Source: Spirochaetia bacterium
GTDB taxonomy: Bacteria > Spirochaetota > Spirochaetia > SZUA-6 > Bin103
DNA length: 64,000 nt
Reading direction: 5' to 3'
Assembly (NCBI GenBank): GCA_965198005.1
Contig: CBDAOI010000004.1
Coordinates: 2,048,214-2,112,213 of the forward strand
The notes below the pieces were generated by a model. It was given only the letters and a program-made list of their open reading frames with translations, did not search any database and had not been told where the DNA came from. Position numbers and translations under genes: made by a program. Positions 49,750-60,446 of the stretch are shown in pieces (position 1 is the first letter of the stretch; each line of letters begins with the position of its first letter).

Positions 49750-51453
49750 ATGTCGAGTCAGATGGCGCTGGCAATTCGACAACTGATCCAGGAACGCGGC
49801 ATATCCGAGGAACTGGTGATGCATACGATCGAAGACACCCTGTTGGCGGCCTACAAGCGCAAGTACGGAACGGTCGACAATGCGGTCGTACGATTCGCGG
49901 AGGACGCCAGCCAAGTCTCCATCTACGCCCAGCGCAGAATCGTGGAGGAGGAAGACCTGGAGGATCCGGCGCTGGAGATTTCGTTGCAGGAAGCGCTCGC
50001 GTACAACGATGATGCCGAGATCGGGGACGAGCTCTTGATCGAAATCAACCCGCGCGATTTCGACCGCGTCTCGATTCAGAGTGCCAAGCAGAAGGCACGG
50101 CAGTCTCTGCGCGAGATTCAGAAAGACACCTTGTACTCCGAATTCAAGGACCGCGAGGGGGAGTTGATCGTCGGCTACTACCAGCGGGAACGGAACGGCA
50201 CCATATTCGTCGACCTCGGCCGTACCGAGGGCATCCTGCCGCGGCGCTACCAGTCGCCGCGTGAAGTCTATCGGCCCAGCGACCGGGTGCGGGCGATGAT
50301 CTTCGAGGTGGAAAAGTCTCCCCTGGGGCTGCAGATCGTGTTGACCCGCACGCACACGGAATTCGTAAAGAAGATTTTCGAGCTGGAGGTGCCCGAGATC
50401 TACGACCGGACCATCGAAATTCACAAGATGGTCCGAGAACCCGGCTATCGCACCAAGATGTCGGTGTATTCCAGCCGCGATGACGTGGATCCGGTGGGGG
50501 CTTGCGTCGGCATGCGTGGCGTCCGTATTCAGACCGTCGTGCGCGAGCTTGAAGGGGAAAAGATCGACGTGCTGCGCTACGACCCCGACGCCCGCTCGTT
50601 CATTACCGAGGCGCTCAAGCCGGCCGAGGTGGAACAGGTGATCATTCTCGACGAGGCCAAACGCCAAGCCCTCGCGGTGGTGCCGGAAACGCAGTTCTCA
50701 CTGGCGATCGGCAAACAGGGACTGAACGTGCGGCTGGCAAACCGGCTCACCGACTGGAGCATCGACGTACGTACCCGCAGCCAGGTTAACGAGCTGGACC
50801 TCGGCTCCGAATCCCAGCGCGCCGCCGCCGCACTGTTCGGGGAGGTGCAGGAGGAGATCACCGACGTCGCCGAGCTGCCCGGCATCGAGCCTCGGGTTGC
50901 CGCAGCCCTGAAGGTGGCGGGTATCGAGTTGATCGAGACTCTGGTAGCGATGGACGCGGCGCGGCTGGGAGCGGTGCCCGCCCTGACGGCACACGACGTC
51001 GCCGATCTGCGCAAGTTGATCGACGAGAACGTGGAGATCGTGGAAGAGGCGCCGGAAGCGGCCGGCGGGGACGAAGGCGCGCGCGCAGACCGGGCCACGC
51101 CGCGGCGTTCGCCGGCCGGCGAACCACCGGCACCCGCCGAACCCGCGGCAGTCAAGCCTGAGCCCGCGGCTGCCGTGACGGCCGCCGGAGGCGTGCCGCC
51201 GGCGGCCGAGGAAGCTGACGCAACGGAGGAGGCGCTCGGGGTCCGCGACCTGCCGGGACTGCCGGAATCGATTGCCACCGTGCTGACTGCGGCCGGGCTG
51301 GATGACATCGTCGAGCTGGTGTCGATGACCGAGCAACAGCTGCTCGAGGTGGAGGGACTCTCGCCGGACGACGTGGCCACACTGCTGCGCGTAGTCGACG
51401 AGAACGTGGAAGTGCTTGAAGAAGATGAAGACGGTGAGGAGGAAGCCACCTGA
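49750..51453 (+). CDS. nusA: Transcription factor NusA with long acidic C-terminal extension
   Basis: AAYKRKYG, RVSIQSAKQ, S1 and KH domains (REPGYRTKM, DPVGACVGMRGVRI, SLAIGKQGLNVRLA), two C-terminal HhH-like repeats. Confidence 0.97.
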   Translation: MSSQMALAIRQLIQERGISEELVMHTIEDTLLAAYKRKYGTVDNAVVRFAEDASQVSIYAQRRIVEEEDLEDPALEISLQEALAYNDDAEIGDELLIEINPRDFDRVSIQSAKQKARQSLREIQKDTLYSEFKDREGELIVGYYQRERNGTIFVDLGRTEGILPRRYQSPREVYRPSDRVRAMIFEVEKSPLGLQIVLTRTHTEFVKKIFELEVPEIYDRTIEIHKMVREPGYRTKMSVYSSRDDVDPVGACVGMRGVRIQTVVRELEGEKIDVLRYDPDARSFITEALKPAEVEQVIILDEAKRQALAVVPETQFSLAIGKQGLNVRLANRLTDWSIDVRTRSQVNELDLGSESQRAAAALFGEVQEEITDVAELPGIEPRVAAALKVAGIELIETLVAMDAARLGAVPALTAHDVADLRKLIDENVEIVEEAPEAAGGDEGARADRATPRRSPAGEPPAPAEPAAVKPEPAAAVTAAGGVPPAAEEADATEEALGVRDLPGLPESIATVLTAAGLDDIVELVSMTEQQLLEVEGLSPDDVATLLRVVDENVEVLEEDEDGEEEAT

Positions 51454-51597
51454 CTGTCGAGCGGATGTTGCCGCGTGCCGTCAGGCCGGTAGATTGACAG
51501 TGATGACCACGTTGCGCAACTATAGTGCTTCCGCCCGCGTGTGGCTCTTCCGCGCTCTCTGGAACGCCGTGTGCCGCATCCCGGGTGGTGCTTGAGC

Positions 51598-54471
51598 ATG
51601 AGCAACGACGATAAGGCCGCCGAGTCCCGGGAGGCGCCGGCACCCGAGGAGCAAAGCCGTCCCAAGGCAACGCTGATCAAACGCAAACCGGAGCCCCCGC
51701 CGGTGGTCGAGACTCAGCCGCGCCCCGAAGCCGAGCGCCGGCGCATCATCGTCGTCAAGAAGCAGCGTAAAACGGTGGTGGTGAAGCGGCGACGCCCGGC
51801 CCGGGAACCGGTGCCGGAACCGCCGCCGGCCGCCTCCCCCACGCCGGACGAACAGCCACCGGCGCCGGCGGAGCCGGCGCGCCCGGCCGCGGTCACGCCC
51901 GGGGAGGCCCCCCAACCCCACGACCGGTCGCGGCGCCCGGCGGCCGACGCGCCGCGCCCGGACCGACCGGACAAGCCGGCGGCTGACAAGCCGGCGGTGG
52001 ACCCGCCGCCCCGTCAGCAGGCGAGTCCGCCGCAACCGGCGGCTGGCGCCCCGCCCGCGGTAGACGCCGCGCCGCGGCCGGCCGCGGGCCCCCCGGCTCC
52101 GGCACGTACTCCAGCCGGCCCGGCGGGCCGGCGGCCCTCCAGCCGGCCACGAGGCACGGACTCACCGCGGCGTCTGACCACGCCCGCGGCCCGGATACGC
52201 GCGGCCGAGGCGCCGTTGCGGCCGATCGCGCGCGCCCGCGACAGCGACCAGCCGCTGCCCGATACGCGCGACCGCTTCCGCCGCCGGCCGTCGTCGTCGG
52301 GGCCGTCCGGACGCGGCAACGACCGCCCTGCCGCCCGGCGGCCGCCGCCGCGCAGCACCGCCCCCGGCCGCCCGCCGGTGGGGCGCGCTGCGCCGGGTGC
52401 GGTCCGCGAAGCACCCCCGGGGCGTGGGCGGCCGGCCGTGGCGAGGGGAACCGGCCGGCCGTCTCCGGCGCGCAACGGTGCACCGGAGACGCCGCTGACC
52501 GACGGCCGCACCGGCGGCAGGAAGTTCTTCCGCACCCGGCGCCGGAGCAACCTCGGCTATCAGATCGGTCCGGAAGAGCACCAAGAGAAACTGACCCTCG
52601 CCAAGAAGAAGGCCGTGCCGGTGGCCAACCCGGTGCCGAAGGAGATCGACATCCTGGAGGCAATCACGGTCTCCGAGCTGGCGCGCAAGCTCAACCTCAA
52701 GGCGTCCGACCTGATTGCGAAGCTGATGGGCATGGGCACCATGGTGACCATCAACCAACAGATCGATTCCGATACCGCCACCCTGCTGGCCGAAGAGTTC
52801 GGCTCCAAGGTCAACGTCGTGTCGCTGTTCGACGAGACCGTGATCGAGGAGGACGAAGATCCGGACGACCAGATGGTGTCCAGGCCGCCGATCGTGACCA
52901 TCATGGGGCACGTGGACCACGGCAAGACCAAGTTGCTCGACGCGATTCGGGAAACGAACGTGGCCGAGGGCGAGGCCGGCGGCATCACGCAACATATCGG
53001 CGCGTATTCCGTCGCCACCGAGCGCGGCCGCATTTCGTTTCTCGATACGCCCGGCCACGCGGCATTCACCGAGATGCGCGCGCGGGGCGCGCAACTCACC
53101 GACATCGTGGTCCTCGTGGTGGCTGCCGATGACGGGTTGATGCCGCAAACCGTGGAAGCGACAAATCACGCCAAGGCCGCCGCGGTGCCGATCATCGTTG
53201 CCGTCAACAAGATCGATCTGCCGGACGCCAATCCGGACCGCGTCCGGCAGCAGCTCTCCGACTTCGACCTGATCCCGGAGGAGTGGGGTGGGGCCACCTT
53301 GTTCACCGAGATCTCGGCGCTGCGCGGAGACGGCATCGACGTACTGCTCGAGAATATCCTGCTGCAGGCTGAGCTGCTCGAGCTCAAGGCCAACTACGAG
53401 GCGCGCGCGGTCGGTCGAGTGGTCGAATCGCAGGTCGACCTCGGGCGCGGCATCGTGGCCACCGTGATGATCCAGAAAGGCACCCTGCGCACGGGGGATT
53501 CGTTCGTGGCGGGTGTGTACTCGGGCAAGGTACGGGCGATGTTCGACGACCGGGGCGAGCGGATTGCCGCAGCAACACCGGCGCAGCCGGTTCAGATCGT
53601 GGGCCTTACCGGACTGCCGAAGGCCGGAGATCCGTTTCAGGCTACGGAGAACGAGAAGACGGCGCGTCAGGTCGGCACCAAACGTCAAGAACTCAAGAAG
53701 GTCGAGGAGGCGCAGAACATAACCAAGGTAACCCTGGACAATCTGTACGAGCAGATCAGCGAAGGCGACGTGCAGGAACTCAAGCTGATCATCAAGGGCG
53801 ACGTGCATGGTTCGGTGGAGGCACTGCGCGGCGCCCTGGAACGGCTCAGCACCAACGAGATCAAGTTGAGCGTGATTCATTCCGCGGCCGGCGCGGTAAA
53901 CAAGGACGACGTGGCGCTGGCCTCCGCTTCCAATGCGATCATCATCGGCTTTCACATCCGGGCGACCCCCAACGCGCAGGCGATGGCCGACCGCGAAAAA
54001 GTCGAGATCCGCAAGTACGACATAATCTACGAGGTCATCGATGACATCCGCGATGCGATGGAGGGCCTGCTGGCGCCCGAGATCGTCGAGGACACCATTG
54101 GCACGGTGGAAGTGCGCGAGCTGTTTCGGATCTCTCGAGTCGGTACCGTTGCCGGCAGTTACGTGGTGTCCGGCGCGGCGCGGCGCGGTGCCACTGGACA
54201 GATCGTGCGCGACGGGCGCCCGCTCTTTCGTGGCCGGATCGTCACGTTGCGCCGGTTCAAGGACGACACCCGCGAGGTCGACGCGGGATACGAATGCGGT
54301 ATCCGGATCGAGGGATTCAACGACGTCAAGGTAGGCGACCTCATCGAGGTGCTCGAGCAACGCGCCGTGGCCAAGAAACTTGGGGCGCCTACCGCTGAAC
54401 TGGCCGCGGCCTCGGGAGCGGGCAGCCCCCGGACACGATCACATGTCGCAACTCCGGCTCAAGAGGGTTGA
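51598..54471 (+). CDS. infB: Translation initiation factor IF-2
   Basis: Pro/Arg-rich N-terminus, [55 protein letters not shown]...GYECG; ATG 51598 inferred. Confidence 0.98.
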   Translation: MSNDDKAAESREAPAPEEQSRPKATLIKRKPEPPPVVETQPRPEAERRRIIVVKKQRKTVVVKRRRPAREPVPEPPPAASPTPDEQPPAPAEPARPAAVTPGEAPQPHDRSRRPAADAPRPDRPDKPAADKPAVDPPPRQQASPPQPAAGAPPAVDAAPRPAAGPPAPARTPAGPAGRRPSSRPRGTDSPRRLTTPAARIRAAEAPLRPIARARDSDQPLPDTRDRFRRRPSSSGPSGRGNDRPAARRPPPRSTAPGRPPVGRAAPGAVREAPPGRGRPAVARGTGRPSPARNGAPETPLTDGRTGGRKFFRTRRRSNLGYQIGPEEHQEKLTLAKKKAVPVANPVPKEIDILEAITVSELARKLNLKASDLIAKLMGMGTMVTINQQIDSDTATLLAEEFGSKVNVVSLFDETVIEEDEDPDDQMVSRPPIVTIMGHVDHGKTKLLDAIRETNVAEGEAGGITQHIGAYSVATERGRISFLDTPGHAAFTEMRARGAQLTDIVVLVVAADDGLMPQTVEATNHAKAAAVPIIVAVNKIDLPDANPDRVRQQLSDFDLIPEEWGGATLFTEISALRGDGIDVLLENILLQAELLELKANYEARAVGRVVESQVDLGRGIVATVMIQKGTLRTGDSFVAGVYSGKVRAMFDDRGERIAAATPAQPVQIVGLTGLPKAGDPFQATENEKTARQVGTKRQELKKVEEAQNITKVTLDNLYEQISEGDVQELKLIIKGDVHGSVEALRGALERLSTNEIKLSVIHSAAGAVNKDDVALASASNAIIIGFHIRATPNAQAMADREKVEIRKYDIIYEVIDDIRDAMEGLLAPEIVEDTIGTVEVRELFRISRVGTVAGSYVVSGAARRGATGQIVRDGRPLFRGRIVTLRRFKDDTREVDAGYECGIRIEGFNDVKVGDLIEVLEQRAVAKKLGAPTAELAAASGAGSPRTRSHVATPAQEG

Positions 54472-54790
54472 GAGCCTGCTCGGCGCCGAGATCAGCCAAT
54501 TGATCTGTGGCAACCAGCTCAAGGATCCCCGCATCGAGTCTCTGGTAACGGTTGCGGGCGTACGGGTTGCTCGCGACCTTGCCTCGGCGCGGGTCTACGT
54601 GTCGTACTACGGCGCGGAAGAGGTGCTCGCCGCCACGGTGGCGGCGCTCAACCATGCCGCCGGCCATATCCAGGCGCGCGTCGGTCGGGGACTGCGCATG
54701 CGCCATACCCCGAAGCTGCGGTTCATCGAGGATACGTCGATCGGAGACGGATTTCGCGTTACCCAGCAGCTCAAGGAACTCAACCCCTGA
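54443..54790 (+). CDS. rbfA: Ribosome-binding factor A
   Basis: [37 protein letters not shown]. Confidence 0.95.
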   Translation: MSQLRLKRVESLLGAEISQLICGNQLKDPRIESLVTVAGVRVARDLASARVYVSYYGAEEVLAATVAALNHAAGHIQARVGRGLRMRHTPKLRFIEDTSIGDGFRVTQQLKELNP

Positions 54791-54816
54791 CCACCCCCGC
54801 CACGTCTGTCGACACC

Positions 54817-55704
54817 GTGGGCGGCCTCGTGCTGCTGGACAAGCCGGAGGGGGTATCCAGCTTTCAGTGTCTGGCCCGGGTAAAACAGATCCTCGAGACG
54901 CGCCGGGTCGGCCACGTCGGTACGCTGGATCCGTTTGCGAGCGGACTGATCGGCGCGCTGACGCACCGCTGCACCCGTCTGGCACGGCTGCTGAGCGGAT
55001 TGGACAAGACGTATCTGGCGACCATGCGCTTCGGGGTCGAAACCGACACGCTGGATCCCGAGGGACAGGTGGTCGGCGAGGGGCCGGTGCCCGATCCGGC
55101 GGCCCTGCAACGCCTGGTGCCGCGCTTTACCGGTGGGCTGCGCCAGCAGCCTCCGGCATTCTCGGCGGTGCACGTCGCGGGAGAACGCGCCTACGCGATC
55201 GCGCGCCGCGGCGGCCGGCCGGTGATGCCGGTCCGGGAGGTCACCGTTCACGCCGTGGAGGTGGTGGCGTGGTGTGCGCCGGAGCTGGTGGTGAAGCTCG
55301 CCTGCAGCGCGGGCACCTACGTGCGCGCGTGGGCCCGCGACTTCGCGCGCGCCGCGGGGACGCGTGCATACCTGACCGCCCTCCGCCGGCTTGCGGTGGG
55401 GCCGTTCCGGGTAGCCGACGCCGTGGCCCCGGAGGCGTTCCGCCGGGCCGATCTGGTGCCTCCCGCGCAGTGGCTGGAGCTGCTGCCGGAGGTCGCGTCG
55501 CTGCGCGTACGTCCCGAGTTCCGCTGCCAGGTGGTCCGCGGCCGGCCGCTGCGCGACCACTTCCTGACCACGGAGCCGCCGCCGCATGCCCGGTACTGGG
55601 CTCTGTTCGACGAACAGCGGCGGCTGCTGGCTCTGCTGCAGCGGGCGCAGGGCCCGGCCGGGCGTCCGGCCTGGCGCTACGCCGCCGTGTTCGCGGACGC
55701 CTGA
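54817..55704 (+). CDS. truB: tRNA pseudouridine(55) synthase
   Basis: LDKPEGVSS, RVGHVGTLDPFASG, PPAFSAVHVAGERAY, CSAGTYVRA, LRRLAVGPF. Confidence 0.97.
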   Translation: MGGLVLLDKPEGVSSFQCLARVKQILETRRVGHVGTLDPFASGLIGALTHRCTRLARLLSGLDKTYLATMRFGVETDTLDPEGQVVGEGPVPDPAALQRLVPRFTGGLRQQPPAFSAVHVAGERAYAIARRGGRPVMPVREVTVHAVEVVAWCAPELVVKLACSAGTYVRAWARDFARAAGTRAYLTALRRLAVGPFRVADAVAPEAFRRADLVPPAQWLELLPEVASLRVRPEFRCQVVRGRPLRDHFLTTEPPPHARYWALFDEQRRLLALLQRAQGPAGRPAWRYAAVFADA

Positions 55705-56570
55705 TGCCGGCCGCGGCGACCACCACCCCCACCAACATCTGCCGCTGGGACGACTTCGTCGGCGGCCGCCCGCCCATCCGCGGCACGGCGGCGGCGACCA
55801 TCGGCACCTTCGACGGTGTCCACCTCGGACATCGCGCAATCCTGCGACGACTGGGGGCCACCGGCGCCGACGCCCGCGTCGTGCTGACGTTTCGGCGCCA
55901 CCCGCGGGCCGTATTGACCGGTACGGCGCCGCCCGCTCTGACCAGTTTGCGGCAGCGTCGGGAACGGTTTGCGGATCATGCCGTGACGCACGTCGTTTTG
56001 ATTGACTTTTCCGAACAGTTCAGTAGACTGTCGGGCGTAGAATTCATCCGTATGCTCCGGAGCCGGATGTCACTCCGGGCTTTGGTGGCGGGTGTGGATT
56101 TTCGCTGCGGTTGCGGGCGGGACACCGACGTGGCGGCTTTGCGGCGGCTGCTGACGCCGGCGAATATCGGCGTCTTCCCCGTGCCACCAGTGACCTGGGG
56201 CGGCGAACCGGTGAGCAGCAGCAGAATCCGCGCTGCCGTGCATGCAGGGAACTTCGACGCGACCCGGGAAATGATGGGCGCGCCGTTCGAGATCGATCTT
56301 TGTGCCGCGGCCGACGCGCTCCCGCCGCCGACGTCGCGGTTCCATTTCGCCGCCGAACAGGTGGGATATCTGGTCCCGAACACGGACCAGATCCTTCCAC
56401 GGACAGGAGCGTACGCAGCATCAGTGATCACCTCAGGCGGCGAGTCGATCGACAGCGTGGCCGAGGTATCCCTGGCTGGCGTGCGCTATACGCTGCCGCC
56501 CGGTAACCGGCATGCTCCGTTGAGCCTTCGGTTTCACCGTCGGGTGGCTGGGAACGACGACGCACTATGA
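55704..56570 (+). CDS. ribF: RibF-like FAD synthetase with degenerate riboflavin-kinase domain
   Basis: ATIGTFDGVHLGHRAI, VLTFRRHP, VAGVDFRCG, VSSSRIR; C-terminus lacks GRTLGFPTAN. Confidence 0.85.
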   Translation: MPAAATTTPTNICRWDDFVGGRPPIRGTAAATIGTFDGVHLGHRAILRRLGATGADARVVLTFRRHPRAVLTGTAPPALTSLRQRRERFADHAVTHVVLIDFSEQFSRLSGVEFIRMLRSRMSLRALVAGVDFRCGCGRDTDVAALRRLLTPANIGVFPVPPVTWGGEPVSSSRIRAAVHAGNFDATREMMGAPFEIDLCAAADALPPPTSRFHFAAEQVGYLVPNTDQILPRTGAYAASVITSGGESIDSVAEVSLAGVRYTLPPGNRHAPLSLRFHRRVAGNDDAL

Positions 56571-56593
56571 TAGACACACTACGATAGGAGTAC

Positions 56594-56869
56594 ATGAACG
56601 TGGCTTTCGACTCTCAGGAACTGACTTCCGTCATCAGCAAGTTTGGTACTGGTGACCAGGACACGGGACGCGCGGAGGTGCAGGTTGCGTTGCTTACGAA
56701 ACGCATCCAGCATCTGACCACGCATTTTCGCGAACATGGCAAGGACCACGCCTCACGCCGCGGCCTGCTCAAGATGGTCGGCAAGCGCCGGCGCCTGCTC
56801 GGCTATCTGCGCCGCAACGACCTCGGGCGGTACCGCTCCGTTCTGGCCGACCTCGGCCTGCGCCGTTGA
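56594..56869 (+). CDS. rpsO: 30S ribosomal protein S15
   Basis: [33 protein letters not shown]. Confidence 0.98.
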   Translation: MNVAFDSQELTSVISKFGTGDQDTGRAEVQVALLTKRIQHLTTHFREHGKDHASRRGLLKMVGKRRRLLGYLRRNDLGRYRSVLADLGLRR

Positions 56870-56878
56870 GGGACGATC

Positions 56879-59173
56879 ATGACTCACCGAGTGACACTGC
56901 CGCTGGGGCGTGAGGAGTTGGTCCTCGAAACCGGCCGGCTCGCCAAACAGGCCAACGGAGCGGTGTACGCGGAGTACGCCGGATCGGCGGTGCTCGCCAC
57001 CGTCTGCTGCTCGGCCGGCGCCATCGAAGGATTGGATTACGTTCCGCTGCAGGTGGAGTACAACGAGAAGGCGTACGCCGCGGGCAAGATACCGGGCTCC
57101 ATCTTCAAGCGCGAGGGACGGCCGAAGGATCGCGAGATCCTGGTGTCGCGGCTGATCGACCGGCCGCTGCGGCCGCTGTTCAGCAAGCAGTTCAAGCGCG
57201 ACATTCAGGTCGTGCCGACCGTGGTCTCCGCCGACCAGGTGAATCCGCCCGACATGGTGGCGATGGTGGCGGCGTCGGCGGCCGTGACCCTGTCCGACAT
57301 CCCGTTCGACGGGCCGGTGGGCGCGGTGCGGGTGGCCGAGGTGGACGGCAGCCTGATCGTCAATCCCACCTACGAGGAACGCGACCGCGCCCGCCTCGAG
57401 ATCGTGGTGGCCGGCACCGGCACCGGGATCACCATGGTGGAGGGAGGGGCGCTGGAGGCCGAGGAGCAGCGCCTGGTCGAAGCGATCAATCTCGCGCACG
57501 AACAGATCAAGGCACTGTGCGCGCTGCAGCTCGACCTCGCCGGGCGCGCCAACGCCGGTGCCAAGCTGCCCCTGCCCGAGTCCATGCCGCCGCTCGCGGT
57601 GCACGACGAGCTGTGGCAGTGGGCGCTCCCGAAGATGGAAGAAGCGTGCTTCGTGCGCGGCAAGTTCGAACGTGCGGCGGCGGTCAAGGCGGTCGGTACG
57701 AGTGCGCTGGACCAGTTCGCGGAGCGGATCCCCGAAGAAGACAGCGCGCGCGCCGAAGCCCTGCTGGAGGAACTCGAGACCCAGGTGGTGCGGGAATCGA
57801 TTCTCGGCCGGCAGGTCCGGACCGACGGACGAGGACCGGACGACATCCGGCCGATTGCGTGCGAGGTGGACGTGCTGCCGCGCGCCCACGGCGCGGCGCT
57901 GTTCACCCGTGGCGAAACCCAGGCCCTGGCGTTGACCACCTTGGGCAGCGAAGGCGACGAACTGCGCGTCCTCGACGCGCTGGAAACCGATCAGGACACG
58001 CGCAAGCACTTCATGCTGCACTACAACTTTCCTCCGTTCTCGGTCGGCGAGACCGGGCGCCTCGGCACCGGACGGCGTGAGGTCGGCCACGGTCATCTGG
58101 CGGAGCGCGCGCTGGAAGCGGTCATCCCGGCCAAGGAAACGTTTCCGTACACCATCCGGCTGGTGTCCGAGATCCTGGAGTCGAACGGTTCGTCGTCCAT
58201 GGCTTCGGTCTGCGGCGGGACCTTGAGTCTGTTGAACGCGGGCGTGCCGATTACCAAGTCGGTGGCTGGAATCGCGATGGGCCTGGTTACCGACGGCAAC
58301 CGGCACGTCGTGCTGAGCGATATCCTGGGCGAGGAAGATCACCTCGGTGACATGGACTTCAAGGTGGCCGGAACCCGCGACGGCATCACCGCGTTTCAGA
58401 TGGACATCAAGGTGGCGGGCGTCGACCAGGCGGTATTGCAGCAAGCCTTGGAGCGGGCCCGCGCCGGGCGTCTCAAGATCCTGGACATCATGGCCGAGAC
58501 CATCGACGCGCCGCGCGCGGAGATCTCGGACTACGCCCCCAAGATCATGTCGACCTCGATTCCCGAGGACAAGATCGGTGCCCTGATCGGGACCGGCGGC
58601 GCCAACATCCGTTCGATCACCGAGCAGAGCGGGGCGGACGTGAACATTCGGGACGACGGGACGGTGTTCATCTACGCCCGCCGCAAGGAGGGCGCGGACA
58701 AGGCGCTGGCGCTGATCAACGCCGCCGTGGAGGAGCCGGAAGTGGGCAAGGACTACGACGGGGTCGTGAAGCGGATCATGGACTTCGGCGCATTCGTGGA
58801 GTTTCTGCCGGGCAAGGAGGGCCTGCTCCACATCTCCAGAATCTCACGCGAACACGTCGACGCCGTGTCCGATGTGCTCAAGGTGGGGCAGAAGGTGCGC
58901 GTACGGCTGATCGAGGTCGATCGCCTCGGGCGCTGCAACTTGGCGAACGCCGATGCCTTCGAGGGCGGCGCGGAGCCGACAGGACGGTTCAGCGACTCAC
59001 GGCCGGCGCTGGCCAGCAGACGCGGCCACGGCGACCGGCCCCCCCCCGGCGGGGGCGGGCGCCCGCGTGGTCCGCGGCGCGAGGGGCGCGACGGCGGCTG
59101 GTCCCGCGACGGGGGCCGCGAGCGGGACCGGCGCCGGCCGCCGCGTGGCGGTCGCGGCAGGAGTGACGATTGA
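56879..59173 (+). CDS. pnp: Polyribonucleotide nucleotidyltransferase
   Basis: ETGRLAKQANG, SRLIDRPLRPLF, FTRGETQ, SEILESNGSSSMAS, GDMDFKVAG, KH and S1 domains, Arg/Gly tail. Confidence 0.98.
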   Translation: MTHRVTLPLGREELVLETGRLAKQANGAVYAEYAGSAVLATVCCSAGAIEGLDYVPLQVEYNEKAYAAGKIPGSIFKREGRPKDREILVSRLIDRPLRPLFSKQFKRDIQVVPTVVSADQVNPPDMVAMVAASAAVTLSDIPFDGPVGAVRVAEVDGSLIVNPTYEERDRARLEIVVAGTGTGITMVEGGALEAEEQRLVEAINLAHEQIKALCALQLDLAGRANAGAKLPLPESMPPLAVHDELWQWALPKMEEACFVRGKFERAAAVKAVGTSALDQFAERIPEEDSARAEALLEELETQVVRESILGRQVRTDGRGPDDIRPIACEVDVLPRAHGAALFTRGETQALALTTLGSEGDELRVLDALETDQDTRKHFMLHYNFPPFSVGETGRLGTGRREVGHGHLAERALEAVIPAKETFPYTIRLVSEILESNGSSSMASVCGGTLSLLNAGVPITKSVAGIAMGLVTDGNRHVVLSDILGEEDHLGDMDFKVAGTRDGITAFQMDIKVAGVDQAVLQQALERARAGRLKILDIMAETIDAPRAEISDYAPKIMSTSIPEDKIGALIGTGGANIRSITEQSGADVNIRDDGTVFIYARRKEGADKALALINAAVEEPEVGKDYDGVVKRIMDFGAFVEFLPGKEGLLHISRISREHVDAVSDVLKVGQKVRVRLIEVDRLGRCNLANADAFEGGAEPTGRFSDSRPALASRRGHGDRPPPGGGGRPRGPRREGRDGGWSRDGGRERDRRRPPRGGRGRSDD

Positions 59174-60432
59174 TCGAGCAGGGGACGCTTGACAACGGCG
59201 TCACCCTGCTGTGCGATCCGGTGCCCACCACCGAAGTCTGCGCTATCGGGTTCTGGTACCCGCACGGCTCGCGCGACGAGGCCGCGGCCGAGCGGGGCTA
59301 CTCGCATTTCCTCGAGCATATGCTGTTCAAGGGGACCGCGCACCGATCGGCGCTGGACATTGCCGTGGACGTGGATCGGGTCGGCGGCTCGATAAACGCC
59401 TTTACGGACCGCGAGGTCACCTGTTATTACTGTGTGCTGCCGGCCGACCACGCCGATCTGGCGCTGGAGATTCTGTGCGACATGGTCAGCTCGGCCGTGC
59501 TGACCGAAGCGGAGATCGCCAAAGAGAAGCTGGTGGTGATCAATGAGATCCGGGCCGCCGAGGATTCGCCGGACGAGAAGGGCTACCAGATGTTCGTCGA
59601 CGGCCTGTGGCGCTCACACCCCCTGGCCGCAAAGGTCGCAGGCGAGGAGCAGCAGGTAGAGCGCATCGATCGGACTCCCCTGGTGGAGTTCTATCGCCGT
59701 CGCTACCGGCCGTGCAATCTCACGGTGTCCGCGGCCGGCGCGCTCGAATTCGACCACGTCGCCGGCGTACTGAGCACTCACTTGGTACGGGACGGGGCGC
59801 CGCCGGGCACGGCGGCGTCCCGCGAGCGGCCGCAACGCTTCGTGACCCGCGAGTTCGTCCGTGACCGCTACCACCAGGCTCAGATCTACGTCGGCACCAC
59901 GCTGGAACCGGTCGTGGACTTCGAAACCTATCTCGCGTTCGTACTGCTCTCCACCGCGTTCGGCGAGTCGATGAGCTCGCGACTGTTCCAACGCATCCGC
60001 GAAGACCTGGGGCTGTGCTACTCGGTGGGGTCGTTCCGCACTCACTTCACCGACACCTGGAGCTGGGTGATCTACGCCAACGCGATGCCGGAACTCGTGC
60101 CGCAACTGCTCGGCGCCCTCAATCGCGAGATGGACCGGCTGGCTCAGGAGCCGCTGTCGGTGCAGGAGGTGAGCGACGCGGTCAGTCACATTGCCGGGAG
60201 CATGGTGTTCGCGAAGGAAGACATGGAATCCCGCATGAAGCGGCTCGCGAGTCAGTATCAGATGTTCGGCCGCACGATCGAGCTGTCGGAATCGGCGCGG
60301 ACGCTGCGGCAGGTGTCGGCCACCGAGGTGGCGAGCTTGACGGCCCGGATCATGCAACGCGGATGCTTCAATCTGCTCTCGTATGGCACCAGCAACATGA
60401 GCGGCATGCGCAGCGTGCCGTTCGACTGGTAG
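59170..60432 (+). CDS. M16 (pitrilysin-family) zinc peptidase
   Basis: GSRDE, HFLEHMLFKGT (HxxEH), NAFTDRE, SSRLFQRIREDLGLCYSV. Confidence 0.93.
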   Translation: MIEQGTLDNGVTLLCDPVPTTEVCAIGFWYPHGSRDEAAAERGYSHFLEHMLFKGTAHRSALDIAVDVDRVGGSINAFTDREVTCYYCVLPADHADLALEILCDMVSSAVLTEAEIAKEKLVVINEIRAAEDSPDEKGYQMFVDGLWRSHPLAAKVAGEEQQVERIDRTPLVEFYRRRYRPCNLTVSAAGALEFDHVAGVLSTHLVRDGAPPGTAASRERPQRFVTREFVRDRYHQAQIYVGTTLEPVVDFETYLAFVLLSTAFGESMSSRLFQRIREDLGLCYSVGSFRTHFTDTWSWVIYANAMPELVPQLLGALNREMDRLAQEPLSVQEVSDAVSHIAGSMVFAKEDMESRMKRLASQYQMFGRTIELSESARTLRQVSATEVASLTARIMQRGCFNLLSYGTSNMSGMRSVPFDW

Positions 60433-60446
60433 GCCGGTACCGCCGG

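Noticed and set aside
51494-51526. TTGACA...TATAGT internal promoter before infB
   Set aside because: The spacer is 21 nt, too long for sigma70; the gttgcgcaac palindrome alone is insufficient evidence.
54380-54471. IF-2 C-terminal extension overlapping rbfA by 29 nt
   Set aside because: A low-complexity tail and short overlap are common in compact operons; no recoding signal seen.
59039-59047. C9 tract as a phase-variation site in pnp
   Set aside because: It lies in the low-complexity Arg/Gly/Pro tail after the S1 domain of a housekeeping gene in a very GC-rich genome.
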